Positions 1 to 15,879 of a DNA stretch of 64,000 nt are shown piece after piece. The notes under the pieces were generated by a model. That model saw nothing but the letters and a program-made list of their open reading frames with translations. It was not told the origin of the DNA and made no database searches. This DNA comes from the human T2T-CHM13v2.0 reference genome, Homo sapiens, in the NCBI RefSeq assembly GCF_009914755.1, contig NC_060944.1, one strand, 5' to 3'. Both the position numbers and the translations under genes were made by a program. Within the stretch, counting starts at the first letter, position 1. Each line of letters begins with the position of its first letter.

Positions 1-485
1 TGGGTATGGTTTAGTGGGTGCTCCAGTTTGGGGTCTCTCACAAGCTGCAATCAAAATGTTGGCAGGGGCTACAGTCAGCTCAAGGCTCAAGGGAGGGAGG
101 ACTTACTTCCAAGCTCACTCAAGTGGCTGTTGACAAGATTCAGTGTTTCTCAGGATGTTGGACTACAAGCTGGATTTTGACCAGAGGGTGCCCTCAGCTC
201 CTTGCCACCTGGACCTTTCCAGAGGACAGCTCCAGCATGGCACTGAACTCCCTCAGAGCAAGCAAGTGAGAGGGTGAGGGGTAGCGAACAAGGTGGAAGT
301 CACAATCTTTCTGTAGCATGACCTTGGAAGTGACAGCCATCATTGTTGCTGTATTCTGTGTATTTAAAGTGAGTCACCAGGTTTAGTTCACATTCGAAGA
401 GAGGGGATTACTCAAGGGTATGGATACCAGGAAGCAGGAATCACTGGGTCCCATCTGAGTGAGGCTGTAGAGGCTGCATACTACA
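1..485 (-). mobile_element. MLT1F/G-like MaLR LTR (truncated by window start)
   Basis: Typical MLT1 motifs CTTCCAAGCTCACTCA, GGAAGTGACA and terminal GAGGCTGCATACTACA. Confidence 0.75.
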
Positions 486-539
486 AAAGGTGAGCTTGAA
501 TTTTCACCAAATACTTAAAAAATAAAAATAAAAAAAGCA

Positions 540-710
540 CTGTCTACTATGCGATAAGCACAGCATTAGGAATTTTATGTAAAATAATTCATTATTTTAG
601 AAAAAATTTATAAGGTGGATGGATGCTGCTAACATCCACATGTTATAGATGAAGAAACTGAGGCTCAGCAACATAAAGTAACTTCTCCAAGATCTCATGA
701 CTGGTTTGAG
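540..710 (-). mobile_element. MIR
   Basis: TATAGATGAAGAAACTGAGGCTCAG...AAGTAACTT core. Confidence 0.7.
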
Positions 711-1428
711 GCAGCCCCTGCTCTTATTCCTTGCATGACACAACTTTAATTTGCTCCCTCTCCAACCTTCCTTTGTGATCAGTGATAGACATTTACAGAT
801 AGTCAGCTAGGAGTTAGATCACATCTGTGGCTATGAGAGTATGAAATGAGCTAGATTCATGCATATGATTCAGGAATTGAACTGTAACTTAAACAGAGCA
901 AACATTGTTTTTCTGTGCTGAAAACTAGGGATAGGAGTGAGTCAGACATGACCATTACCTACAGAGTGCTACTGTGTGCAGGGGACTGAGATGTAAAGAC
1001 TGTGATATGGGGCAGAATGTATCAGTAACTAATCCATTAAGATTCAATGAATCTTACCTGGGAAGGGATATCATGAAAGGATTTGCCAATTTTATTTGTC
1101 TAAGGAAGCCAAAACGTGGTTTCTGCCTATGAACGATTTGTTAAGGACCCCACCTGCCTCCTTGTGGGGACATGATTTAAAACGTTACCTACTGCTAAGC
1201 TCTACTAAACCAGTGCCAAATTGCCGAAGTGCAAGAGAAGTTTCTTCTGCAGCTTAAATTCTCTAGAGTAGTTATTTTATTTAATTTGGGGTCCACAGAA
1301 CCCTTTAAGTAGTTAATAAAAGCTAAGAAACTTCTTCTCAGACAAATTAAGATATTCTCAACACTACAATATCAGAGTTTCCATGTCACCAGTTTATAAA
1401 CATCTTCTTTAGCATTAAGATAAAAATC

Positions 1429-1720
1429 AGGCCAGTAATCCCAGAACTTTGGGAGGCCAAGGAGGGAGGATTGCTTGAGCGCAGGAGTTTGAAACCAGCC
1501 TGGGAAATGTAGTGAGACTTCATCTCTACAAAAAAAAACAAAAATAAAAATAAATTATCAAGGAGTGCACCTGGATATATAAATTATCCAGGAGGCAAGC
1601 ACCTATCCCAGCTACTCAGGAGGCTGAAGTGGGAGGATTGTTTGAGCCTGGGAAGTGGAGGTTGCAGTGAGCTGAGACTGCAGCACTGCACGATATTTCT
1701 CAAAAAAGAAAAAAAAAAAA
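1429..1720 (+). mobile_element. AluJ-like, rearranged
   Basis: Dimeric Alu with GGAGGATTGCTTGAG; small duplication in the linker; A tail. Confidence 0.88.
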
Positions 1721-1979
1721 GGAAAAGATAAAGTCACTTGACCACTTGATTTAAACATCAAGATACCAATGAGAATTACTTGATAATCATCATCTCTATC
1801 TTTTTCATCCACCCTGAAGAAGCAGGCTTATAAAATCATATCTAGTCCAGGAAGCAGTACCAGTATATGCAAGGAGGAACTCTAGTATATTTTGTCTTTA
1901 ATACCATGCAAAATGAGGATGGCATCCTACTGTGGTATCAGTAGAAACCATGAGGAGAAATGGAAATCCCATTCAGCTC

Positions 1980-3490
<1,511 letters not shown>

Positions 3491-4239
3491 GGCGGAAAAT
3501 CATTAAAAGAAAAAAATAAGAATGGCATACTTATCTACCGTGGAATCCCAAGATTTGTGCCACCCTACAAATTCAGAACTACCCTTGGCACTCCACATAG
3601 AGGGAAGCTAAGTCCTGCAGAGCAGAGATTCTGTTTTACAATTTGATTTAGAAACAATGAGCTCAGGCAAGTTACACATCATTGAACCTACAAAGTAGCC
3701 ACACAAAATAATGACATGAATACAATCACCAACCTAGAGATGCCTTACAGACACTGCAACTGATATTCAGTTTTACAGACATTCAGTAACTACATACATC
3801 ATGGGCATCTTCCATTGACACTTCTTTTATGAAACATTAGAAAATTCTACTTCACTTGGCAGCCACAGGACAACTGGTCCCCATTCCAAACAATTAGGAA
3901 TTGCCAACTGATATACAATTATGGGTCACCTTGAAAAGAATTTAAAAAGAAGTAGTAGAGTTTGAGGCTCAGATGAATTAAGTGAATAGGATTCTGCATT
4001 GAAGGGAAGAACTATAAGGAAAATGGAGCTAATATTTGAGCCCATTTTTAGTCTTTAGTTTCATGCTTTTTCCACAGCACTATACTGTCTCTCTCCAGAG
4101 GCAATAGTAAGTCATATACCAGTATTGGTCTACCTTATTTCAATTACTACTGCCTCACACTCAAATATAATTTATTTAAAAATAAAAAGATGAAATATAT
4201 GTATAACCATCTGCAACCTGACATAGAGGAAACAAAAAA

Positions 4240-4900
<661 letters not shown>

Positions 4901-5850
4901 AACAAACCAAAACCAAAAAAATGGAAGTTTGCAGCAGAAGACCCAACACCACATCTCATTACTGTTAGCTTATTAATATTCTTATGACTTTATTAACCCC
5001 ATTATTTTTCAGAGTCTCCTGTTCTTTCAATGAGCTTCATGTCTTTGCTGTTAGAGTTTTTGTTTTAAGATCAAATGAAATTAAATAGATGGAACTTGAA
5101 GAGTTAAAGGTACTATAATAAAATAAGACCCATCTATCATTAAGAAATAATTATTACAATAAACAGAAATTAAAACACCAGACACAGTAAGAAATGGGTC
5201 TCCTCCCTAAGCATGCCTATTCCAGATTATGCCTGAATGTCTTCCTTCCTCTGCCATCTGAAGTCTCTCAGTCGTAAATCTCAATAAAACCTTTAAAAAG
5301 CAATTTGGTAGAAAAATGTTTTAGCTAAATGCCTTCGCAATGATATGTTGAGAGGACTTAATTCCTCCTGCTTATGCTTCTCTCATCTTACAAGGATGTT
5401 GAATACCCAAATGCCCCCTTCTAGATAGTTCTTCAAGCAGAACAGAGTTGGCTTCCAGTTGATGATTAATTTAACTCCTGGGCACACTAAAAGATATTTT
5501 CAAGAACTGCACTGAAGTAAAAAAGAAAAAAAAGAAGGTATAGGAAAAAGCTTGTAAAAATTCGAGTTCTTGTTTTTACCCATTTCTCAAGAATAATTCA
5601 AATCTATTCTTAGAGCAATGTTTAATGGAAGTGACATTATATGCCTTGCTGCATTTGCCACCTACGTTACCCACAAGTGATTTGAGCCAAATTATCAGTG
5701 ATTAATCTAAGAGAATCAATATCATGGATCTGAATAGAATGTTTTACAGAAATAGCATATGACAAGGCATTGAAATAAACCAGTTTGGGCTTATTAAAAG
5801 AAATGTACAAGGCAAAGTCAGTGAAGTTTAAAGTAACTGGTAATAGATAT

Positions 5851-7150
5851 TCAAGAACTAGAAATTAAAGAGACCATGAATAGGTCCTGTTTTCCTATGT
5901 GTCATCTTTGCCTTGGGCACAGCTGTGGAGATGTCTTCAGGTTTTCATATTTGTGTCCTCTCTAGAAGGGTCATTTAAGATTATCAACCTAGAAGTGTGG
6001 CAATGGCTAAATGGCTACTAGGAGTTTTCAATGGATGGAAGATGCTAGTCAGAATGTCAGAAAATGACCTTAAATGGTGAAACCTTAAAGCTATATTTTT
6101 CCCAAAATGGAGTGACATCATCTCATCCTAGCACATCTCAAATTTTCCCTATTTCCCTATTCCATCCCCTTTGAACAACACCACTCTCCGGAGACACAGA
6201 AAAGGAACCTTTTTCCCTGTAGCAAGACAGAATTGATATTGGCTCTTCTTATTGAGTCCTTGAATCTACATAGAATAAGTGTGCCATCTTTTCCACACGG
6301 CAGACTCTCAAGTATTTGAAAAGAACTATCCCCTTCTTTTCTGTTCCTTTTCTCACATCCATATAAAAATATGCAAATGTATACAAATTATCATATTCAC
6401 TATGTAAAAACAGTGTTCATAAGAAAGAATGAAAGATGCGTACTAAAATAGAGTAGAGGGGATATGGATATTTTTTCCCTGTTTCTATTTTTCATATGTT
6501 TTCTACATTTGCGATGTTGCTTTGGTAATGGGTAAAAAAGGGATACAAAACAAAAAGAAAAATTATCTTTCCCCCTGAAAAAATGTAAGCGGAAAAAGAA
6601 GCCAATAAATGTGCCGAATTTTTGGCACCAAAAGTGATCATATAATGAAGCATTTTCCTCGTCTCCATCTTAAAACTGAGGCCAGGAGAGATGAGGAGCA
6701 GATCATGGTTACTGCTGTAGATGGAGTAAACAATGGACTCAAAACGAAGTCTTCTGACCCCCAGTCTAGAGTTCACTAATACACCTACATTGGTTTAAAG
6801 CAACAGGATTGCTGTTTCCATTTTCTTAGTCCCTGCTCGTTCGTGTTTCTTAGATTGCCCTTCTAGTTTTTTGTTTTTCTTATGACAAAGATTGTTGTTA
6901 TGAAAATTTTGTTCTTGATTTATCAAGGAATGGAATTTGGAGAGATGGTCCTGCTTCCCTATATCTCTCCTTAACCTTGGGTACGTCTGTGGAGATGTCT
7001 AAGGGATTTTCCATTTTTGTCTTATCTTGAAGAGCCGTTAGTAAGGACATCAACCCAGAAATTTAAAAATGGCTGCTGTAAATTTGTTCATGGAAGGATA
7101 GTATTAAAGACTTTATATAGGTAGAAAGCAACAGTTCAGAAAACTTCCTA
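5851..7150 (+). repeat. Diverged ~200-bp direct repeat pair (5851-6070 and 6923-7150)
   Basis: Colinear shared blocks GGTCCTG, CCTTGGG, CTGTGGAGATGTCT (5923/6987), ATCAACC, AAATGGCT, TCAGAAAA; offset about 1064 bp. Confidence 0.75.
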
Positions 7151-7151
7151 A

Positions 7152-7581
<430 letters not shown>

Positions 7582-7659
7582 CACAACTGCAGATTAACAA
7601 ACTCATAGGTCTATCCTGAGAAGGAGTAAAACAGCCTGGGTTGGAGAGCATCAATCTAT

Positions 7660-7908
7660 ACAGAGATGCTACCACCACCCTGCTGGGGACAACCCTGAGG
7701 CACATGCTCTACACCAGCTCTCAGGCTTTCCTGGATGGATTCAACCCAAGTGGCCCACAGTCATTACCACTCAACAACACACCCTTTTCCTTCCCTAGCT
7801 CACTTCCCCACATCTCAACCACTGCTTTGTGGGATCACTTTTTAATATGTTGCTGGCACTCACAACTTTTTTTTAGGGTCTGCTTCTGGAGAAACTCAAT
7901 CTTTGACA
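7660..7908 (+). mobile_element. ERVL LTR16-like fragment
   Basis: GGGGACAACCCTGAGGC...AGGGTCTGCTTCTGGAGAAACTCAATCTTTGACA. Confidence 0.6.
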
Positions 7909-8869
7909 ACCTCTTCACATACTCACACACACCTGGTCATATATCCCAAAGACAAGAAGACATGTTATCACATACACCAGTTAGAGCTAATCCAGAAGCT
8001 AATTCAGAAATAAATGCCTCATCTTTCCTTGAGCATAGCTGCACAGGGCCCTGACCTGTCCACATTCCACTGAAATTTGACCAGGAGGCAAATGACGTGG
8101 GGAAAGAATTAAACCCATAGATCTCAGCAGCGCATCTCTAGTTATTCCATAACCCCCTTATAGGTGCGTCCTCCTCCCCACTGTATTATGAAACAGCTCT
8201 ATTTACCAACTTGGATGAAAGATAGATTTAGCTTGTCAATACAGTGATTGCAGGCAACTCAATGGAACTCACAAGAGAATGGAACTCACATAGCTATAAG
8301 CTGCATTGTGCTAAATGGTAACACACTGCCTTTCCCCCCACCCCCGACCTTCTCAGAGTGTGTCACTTTAAGAGTGATTCACAGGCTGTTTCTCTGAAGT
8401 TTCCCATTAAACACCTGGGTTTGGAAAAAAGCGAACCCAGTTGCCATTGAGAAACTTTACTAAATCAGTCCAAGGACATTACTAAAAATGTCCCAGACTT
8501 CCTATATAAGAGAAATTCACCTATAAAAATCCCAAAATGTGTTGCCTTTGCTGCTCTCATCATGCTTTGGAATTTATCCCCATAAGGGCAGAGTTTAGGG
8601 ACCTGGATACAATTTTATTAAAAGATAGACTAGCAACTTAACAATGATGATGTAGAAAACCCCATTCATAGGTGATATCCTGAACCTTCAGCCTCTGAGA
8701 TTGGCCACTGGACAATCAGATAAGTAGCCAGCAGCCTTTAGGGAGATCTGAAGGGCCTTGGAGGTGGGTTTGAGGCAGCAGTGTGTTTATCAGGCATTCA
8801 GAGTGCTCGAGGCAATAGCCCTTTACCACCCTGTTGCTGTACAGAAGTATTTAAATAGAACAACTATTT

Positions 8870-9255
8870 TGACCATCCTGGTGGGTGCCAACTGAATATT
8901 ATGCCATGAGTGGTCATATCTCGGCTCTGGTCAGGGTGACTGACCTCCAGCAGGTATTCTCCATTCCGTTTCTGGTTGCTGCCATATAGTGTGAGCTGGA
9001 AAGTGACAATGACTTACCAGTGCTGAGTAACAAAAGCCAGTTTCCTTATCTCAAGAGAAGCAAAATCCTAGCGCAAGCCAGGCTGCAGAGCTCCCCTGAG
9101 ATCAGGCTAAGGTTGGGGTTTCTAATATTGTGATCTTGCCCGGCTTCTGCCCTTCCCTTGCCCTGTCTCTCTTCCCCATGTCCTCACCAGTATGTCTTGG
9201 GAGTCCACAAATTCTGACCTCAAGTTCTGATTCTTGAAGACCTGATCTAACAAAC
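8870..9255 (+). mobile_element. ERVL LTR16/LTR33-like fragment
   Basis: CAGAGCTCCCCTGAGATCAGGCT...CTTCTGCCC...GACCTGATCTAACA. Confidence 0.45.
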
Positions 9256-9654
9256 TTTCTAAGTCACAGGTTTGGGATTTGTTTTTTATTTTTTATTTTC
9301 TCGACTCTAAATCCCATCGATTCCATTTGTTCCTCTTCTGTTCCTCTTAGGAGCCTCCATTGGTCCCTGTTCCACACAGGTCTTACTTATTTGTGTTGTA
9401 ATGTTTGCTTTCTGATTCAGAGTCTATGTTCCAATTCCAGAGGACATTGTGTCTCCAAGACTGAGTTCAGTTTTGAAAAATCACCAAGCCTGTTTCTATT
9501 GCTTTAGCTATTTCTGTTCTGAATTGTTACTGCCAAATTCCAGGCAAATGTGGAACTGCCAGAGCATGATGTTTCCTCCAAACAAATGGTACTCCTATAG
9601 TGTCCTTAACCAATGTAGGAACATTTTTCATAGTTACAGTTATACTGTTACAAA

Positions 9655-9870
9655 TAACAGTAAAAATTATCATGTATTGAACACTTACTAAGTGTGGTCT
9701 CCAACAGGGATGTTTTATGCATTATTTCATTTAAGTCTCATAGAAACACTTTAAGGTGGGTACAATTTACTGCAATATACTTTGGGGGAAACAAGGCAGA
9801 GAGGGTTAAGGAACTTGGCAAATGTCTCACTACTACCATGTGAAAGAGGCAGACTATGGGCTCTAATCTA
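9655..9870 (-). mobile_element. MIR
   Basis: ATTGAACACTTACT...GGCAGAGAGGGTTAAGGAACTTGGC. Confidence 0.65.
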
Positions 9871-10124
9871 TCTGGTACTAAAGAGTGGTTCTAATCACAC
9901 TCTGGTTGTGTCTCCTCATAGGGAAGAGTTGGGCAAAGCTTCCTAGCATTGGTGGGACAAAGGTAAAGCCCAGGTTACTTTTCCAGGTCACGAAAAGCCC
10001 CTTAGGCTCGGCAAACCTCTGCCTCTTCTTTCCCATTATCAAGGCTATTGCTCTTGTTACAGCAGCCCAGAACACAGCTGTTCATTTTCTGCCCTGCTGG
10101 GGTCCTGCTGTATAATCATCTGTC

Positions 10125-10500
10125 TTAACCCACGTTTTGTTGTGGTATTAATGTAATGCCACAGAATGAGTAAAATAAAATAAACAGAGATTTATTTGGC
10201 TTATGGTTCTGGAGGCTGAGAAGTCCAAGATCAACTGGCTGCATCTGTGAGGGCCTTCTTGCTGTGTTATAACATGGTAGAAGGCGTCACACAGGTGAGA
10301 GAGAAAAAAGAGGGCCAAATGCATCCTTTTACCAGGAACCTGTTCCTACAATAACTAGCCCACTCCAGAGATAATGTCATTAAAGCATTCGTGAGGGCAG
10401 AGCCCTGGACCTAATCACCTCTTAAAGTTCCCGCTTCTCAATTCTGTTTGCACTGAGCATCCAACACATGAACTTTGGGGGAAACATTCAAACTATGGCC
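10125..10500 (-). mobile_element. MLT1A/MST-like MaLR LTR
   Basis: GGTTCTGGAGGCTGAGAAGTCCAAGATC...AACACATGAACTTTGGGGGAAACATTCAAAC. Confidence 0.8.
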
Positions 10501-12232
10501 CCCACTCTCATCAAATCACATTATTCCTTTATGTGGTTCAAATAGCCAGCCATTTCATTATCCTCTTCTAAGTTTCTCAAAAAGAACAGTCACACAAAAA
10601 TATTTCTTAGTAATGTAGAATTGACTGAAGCGAGCATTTTAACAATGATTTATACAGGGAACAATGCAACAAGTCTCTTTAGGTGTAGGGGTCATCTCTC
10701 TCCTTGAACTTTCTGTATGCACACTGCTCAGCTGACCTCTGCCCCTTCTTTCTACAAAATTATTAAAGTTCTCTTCCATCCTTTATGTGAATGTGGAAGA
10801 AGGCTTAAAGCTAAATTCCATGCAACTTTGTTTTGGCTTCTTGCAGAGTCTGAATGATTAACTTCGTACAAGTAGAAAACTTAAATATATAACTTTACCA
10901 CAAAATAGATAAACTTGTCACCAATAATTTGGAGAATAAAAATGTCATTGATATTCAAAAAATAAAAATAAAAAATAAATAAATAAATTCTATGCAACTG
11001 CCACATATCAAAGGCTGTTTTCAGAAGATACAGTTTTCCCAAAAAATGACTTTCTTCCATCTCCTGCTAAGATGATCATTTTTTCCTATGTGACATATGT
11101 AAGTTAAGTAGAGCAATCAATACCGGGTAGAGAGAGCAGCCGTTTTTACCACTGTCCTGGCCCCCAGAAAATGCAGATGAGGGAGGTTTGTGGCTTCTCA
11201 AAGCCAAGACAAGATCTTGCCAACTCTTGAGATGCTCTACATATTAATAAAAATGAAAAAAAAGGTCAAAACAAAGTTCAAACGTTGTGGCCAATTGGAT
11301 GTATTTATCTTGGAAAAAATTCTACAACTTTAATATGTACGTACAAATGTGTAACAATATGATGATGCTATTCGCAGACAGTAGAAGATTTAGTTTTAGC
11401 TGAAAAAAATTGTTACGTACTACAAGTTTTGTAATGGTCTGATCATGAATTTGGGTCCAGTACTGGAATAAAAGTCTTTTTAGTCTGTGCCAGGGTATCC
11501 TCCTGACCATATGCCTATCTTCATTTGGAGAAAACATCTAGATCTAAACTTAAGATCTATTGTGAATGTGAAGCCCTACTAAATTGACCTCCCTTTCCCC
11601 TACCTGCTCCTCATTGCAATATCCCTTGAGTAAGGATCAGTCCAAATAGCTAGATCAATTCTTATTTGAGTAAGAACATTCCTTCCGTATACATTGATTA
11701 CTATAATATATGGATAGCTATAGATACAAAGACAGAGCATTAAGGGGAAACTATACAGCCTGGCTAAATGAATGGAGAGACACATTTACACAGATGAGTT
11801 GCTTTCAGGAGTTTCCCTGAGCAATGAATCAGTCTGTCCAATTGCTGCTTTCATTCAATTCCATAAGTCCTGAAAAACCCCCACCAATAAGCACACTGCC
11901 TTGTTGTGTGTGTTGTATGTGCTTGCAGAATCACATCAATCTTGAATTAAGGAAACACCTTGCACTGTACAATCCCATGGTTGATGAAGTTACAAAACAC
12001 ATTGAGTTACTTGACAAGAAATTGCCACCGAAAAATAATGCAATTGCAACCTTAAGCCATCCTAATGCAGCTCCTCTTAAAAAAAAAATCATAGTGCTCC
12101 GTAGTTTGTAGTTTCCACTGGAAATAGTGGCATCAATATCTTGTCAGTGAGAAATTAAAAGGGACATGTCATCCCTTTATTCTTTATAGACTGGAAATGA
12201 CGGAGCTTCTTAGATGAACAGGCACCATCTAG

Positions 12233-12702
12233 CTGTGGAGCATGGTAGATGAACTCCAAAGATTCAAGTAACAATTATTTCCCTCTCTGTGCCCTCATGT
12301 TATTCTCCTCCCCTCAAAACTGAGTTGGCCTTAATGACTTGCTTGACCAGTAGAATGCTATAGAAGTGACGTTCTGGACTTCTGAGGCTAGGTCTCTGGA
12401 AAATTCCACTTGGGACTTTCGGATACTTCTGCTTGGATGCCAACTCTATTCTGTAAGAAGCCCAAGCAACATAGAGGGGCCACTTGTAGATTTTCTAGCC
12501 AGCAGTGCCAGAGGAGCTCCCAGTCAACTGCCGTCCATGCAGATAAACCATCTTAGATGTCCAGCCCAACTAAGCCTTCAGATGACCATATCTTGATGTG
12601 CCATCTGACTACAACTGCATGAAAGACCCAAGGAGAGTGGGTGTATTACACTGTTGTTTTAAGACACTAAATGTTAGGGTGGTTTGTTACACAATAGTAG
12701 GA
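12233..12702 (+). mobile_element. MLT1G/H-like MaLR LTR
   Basis: TGACTTGCTTGACCAGTAGAATG...GACTTCTGAGGCTAGGTC...TTGTTTTAAGACACTAAATGTTAGGGTGGTTTGTTAC. Confidence 0.75.
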
Positions 12703-13230
12703 AGAGAAGAGGAGGGGAGGAGCAAAAAAGAAGTCCCTGGAAGGTCTATCAAATTATAAGACCCACCTTACACCTAAAAGACATATCTCAAGAGAAAGGA
12801 TCTAACTAAGGGATCTGTGTTTTGAAAAGGTGTCCCGGATTCAGTGACTTTTGGAGAAGACCTAGTTAATGTGGAACGGGGTTGCAGCTTGCAAACCTCA
12901 CATATTTTAATTACTAGATAATTGTGACACACTCTCCTTAAACTAAGAAGCAGTGACTTCAATCTGCTCATTTTGTAAATAATAGACTGAGATTGTAAGT
13001 GATTCTATGAGGTTAGAAATCCTTCAATTGGTATAGGCTTCAAAGTTATTTTGAGTCAATTAAAGCTAATCTTTATTTCATCCTATTTTAAATGTTGCCT
13101 CTTGATATGGAATTTAAATTTGAGGGTTTAGACTCTCAAATTTAGGAGCTCCCTGAACCCTCTTATATTTTCATTGTCATGCTTTTCATCTGAGTAATTA
13201 AATTTTAAATTCTATCATGAAGTAATCTTG

Positions 13231-13549
13231 ATTTTTATTTTTTTTTAATTTGTAGAGTTGGCGTCTCACTCTGTTGCCCAGGCTGGAGTGCAGTGGCACA
13301 CTCATAGCTCACTGCAGCTTTGAATTCCTGGGCTCAAGTGATCCTTCTGCCTCAGTCTCCTGAGTAGCAAGGACTATAGGTACACACCATCATACCTAGC
13401 TAATTTTTATTTTTATTTTTTATTTTTGGTAGAGATGAGATCTCACTGTGTTGCCCAGGCTCATCTTGAACACCTGGCCTCAAGCAGTCTTCCCACCTTG
13501 GCCTCCCAAAATGCTGGGATTGTAGGCATTTGCCACTGCACTAAGCCTG
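13231..13549 (-). mobile_element. AluJ
   Basis: Antisense dimer with CATAGCTCACTGCAGC and CCTGGGCTCAAGTGATCC. Confidence 0.9.
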
Positions 13550-13679
13550 GAGTAAGGGTAATCTTTAAAGTGAAAGATGAACTATTACTTTATTCTTTTT
13601 TAAAATTATTTTATATAATTTATAACAAGTGATACATCTTTATTAACTTCAATTATGTTAACTTTTTGGTTTAGATTAA

Positions 13680-13910
13680 CAGGAGTGGGCAAATTTGCTA
13701 TGAAGGACCAGAGAGTCAATATTTTAGGGTTTGAGGGTCACATGTAGAGTTTGAATGCCCATGATGTACATTCTTCCTTTTCTTTGCTTTTTATTTTTTG
13801 TCTTTTCTTCTTTTTTCCTTCATTTTTTTTTCCTCTTTTTATAATCTTTTAGAAATGTGAAAAACATTCTTAGCTCCAGGATGTACAAGGCTGTGGTTGC
13901 GCTTAGTTCA
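13680..13910. mobile_element. MER58B-like hAT MITE
   Basis: CAGGAGTGGGCAAATT...GGACCAGAGAGTCAATATTTTAGG...AAAACATTCTTAGCTC. Confidence 0.6.
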
Positions 13911-15104
13911 CGGGCATGAACAGAAGTTTATATACAGAATATATAGTAGGATGAAAAATTAATGATATTTCATGAATAAAAGGAACTATTATTGGTAGAA
14001 TATGGTTATTGTTATTATTAATATTTTTGACATGCCTACATTTGCTTTTTATTCCTAGGTTTCTCAACTTATCCTAATAGGGCCAAATGGAAAAAGAAAT
14101 ATGTTCCAATAACGTATTTTCAAAAATAGTTTACAAACGTGTTTACCTGTCAAACATTTCCTTTCACTGAAAGAAAACAGTTTATGATGCATCTTATTCA
14201 AATATTACTTTGAAAATGCTGGATTAAACAAAATTAAGCAAGTTTATTTATTGCAGGACTTCTCAGGGCCTTGAATATGTGACTGTATGTTGCGGATTCC
14301 ATGAATGTAGTACTCAGCATTTCCTAAAAGCATTTTTAACTTTAGAAATATTATTTGCAAGATCATTTTAAGGAGATAGTGGTTTCCATAAAGCACTTGG
14401 AAACAGCACTTCTTTTATTGGTGTAAATTTAAGGGGTACAAGTGTAATTGTGTTACATGGCTATATTGTGTAGCAGTGAAGTCTGTGTTTTTAGTGTGCT
14501 CATCACCCAAATAGCGTACCTTGTACCCATTAAATAATGAAATAAAATCTGAGTTCTAAGAAAATTAGTGAGGGGTACGTGTGAACTAACAAGAAGAAAC
14601 AGTGGGCTCTGGTTAGTGTGCCACCGGGAAGCATTGTTTCCCTGCTACAATTTAGTTTCTAAAACCATCCTAGGTTAAATATCTCCCGTACACTGCTGTG
14701 AAGCCTATCTTTTCACAGGAAAGTCTTTGGAGAGGTGCCTGACAGTTTCTTATGGATGGTGGGCTGATGTTTAGGTCAGACCAAAATAGCATTCACACTT
14801 AGGAACTAACTGCCAACCTGGAAAATTAGCTCTCTGACCAGAAAGTTGCTGAAAACCTCTCTTTCTTTTTAATGTGCCTGACAACTTTAAAATAGAAACT
14901 AATAAGAATGCTTATTTCCCCTGATGTGATAAAAGGCTGATAAAATGGGAATTAAAATGATTGACTAAGATGTGAAATTTTGATATTCTCAGCTTTGGTT
15001 GCCCATGGTATTTTTTAACCCCTTTACTTAGGGTCATAGATATTTCACCCTACTAATCGCACTTTTATTTCTTTGAAGCTCTTCATTTTGTCATTTGAGT
15101 TACA

Positions 15105-15290
15105 AGATAGCGTAATGGAAAGAACACAGGTTGATGTTGCAACTCAGTTATGCATTAATAATGTGACTTTAAGGAAGTCACTTAACTTAACTGACCTTGT
15201 TAGTTCTCTGTAAAATTGATGTGATAAAAAATAACGTAGCATATGAAGAGTTTTTATCATGTCATATACATAGTAGATGGTTAAGAATGG
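15105..15290 (+). mobile_element. MIR
   Basis: TGTGACTTTAAGGAAGTCACTTAAC...CTGTAAAAT. Confidence 0.55.
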
Positions 15291-15879
15291 TTTATTTTCT
15301 CTGCTTTCTTTCTTTACTTCCCTGTTGCCTAATTAACTCTCAGTTCTAGGCCTGCACAGCACAATATACTTTGAGTAGTTCAAAAAAATCGACACTATAG
15401 GAATGAGTTCATGATCTGAGATGGTAAGCAGAGGCAGCAGAGGGTTTCTTTTTGGTATCTACAAGGATGTACCAAAGCTTTGTGACAAACATCCAGAAAT
15501 TAGTGATTTCCCCAGGGTGAGAAACTGAGTTTTAAAATAATAAGTGATGGAAATACTGGTTTCTGCCAAGCAGCTTTCTCACAAAGAAGACTCTATCTTT
15601 GTGAGTTATGCAACATCTTAAGAGCTTTCTACAAGCTCTGAAAACCTTCCCTGTCTTTTCCTGTCAGTCAAATATTCCTGCCAATTTCCATTATTGGAAG
15701 GCAGTAGCACATTTACAGTCAAGACACTTCCCTATGCTTGTTTTAGCAATTCTGTGGCACATGTTTGGAATTTACATTTTTCGTATCTCCGACTTTATAG
15801 AAGCTCACCAAGGAAATACAAGGTGCCCAAATAGCTGTCAACAATGTTTCCAAAAATATGATTTCTGTATAGTTAACAG

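Noticed and set aside
1051-1080. ATCTTACCTGGGAAGGGATATCATGAAAGG resembles the 5' end of U1 snRNA
   Set aside because: Only ~30 nt with several gaps and mismatches; no downstream U1 sequence, A tail or TSD
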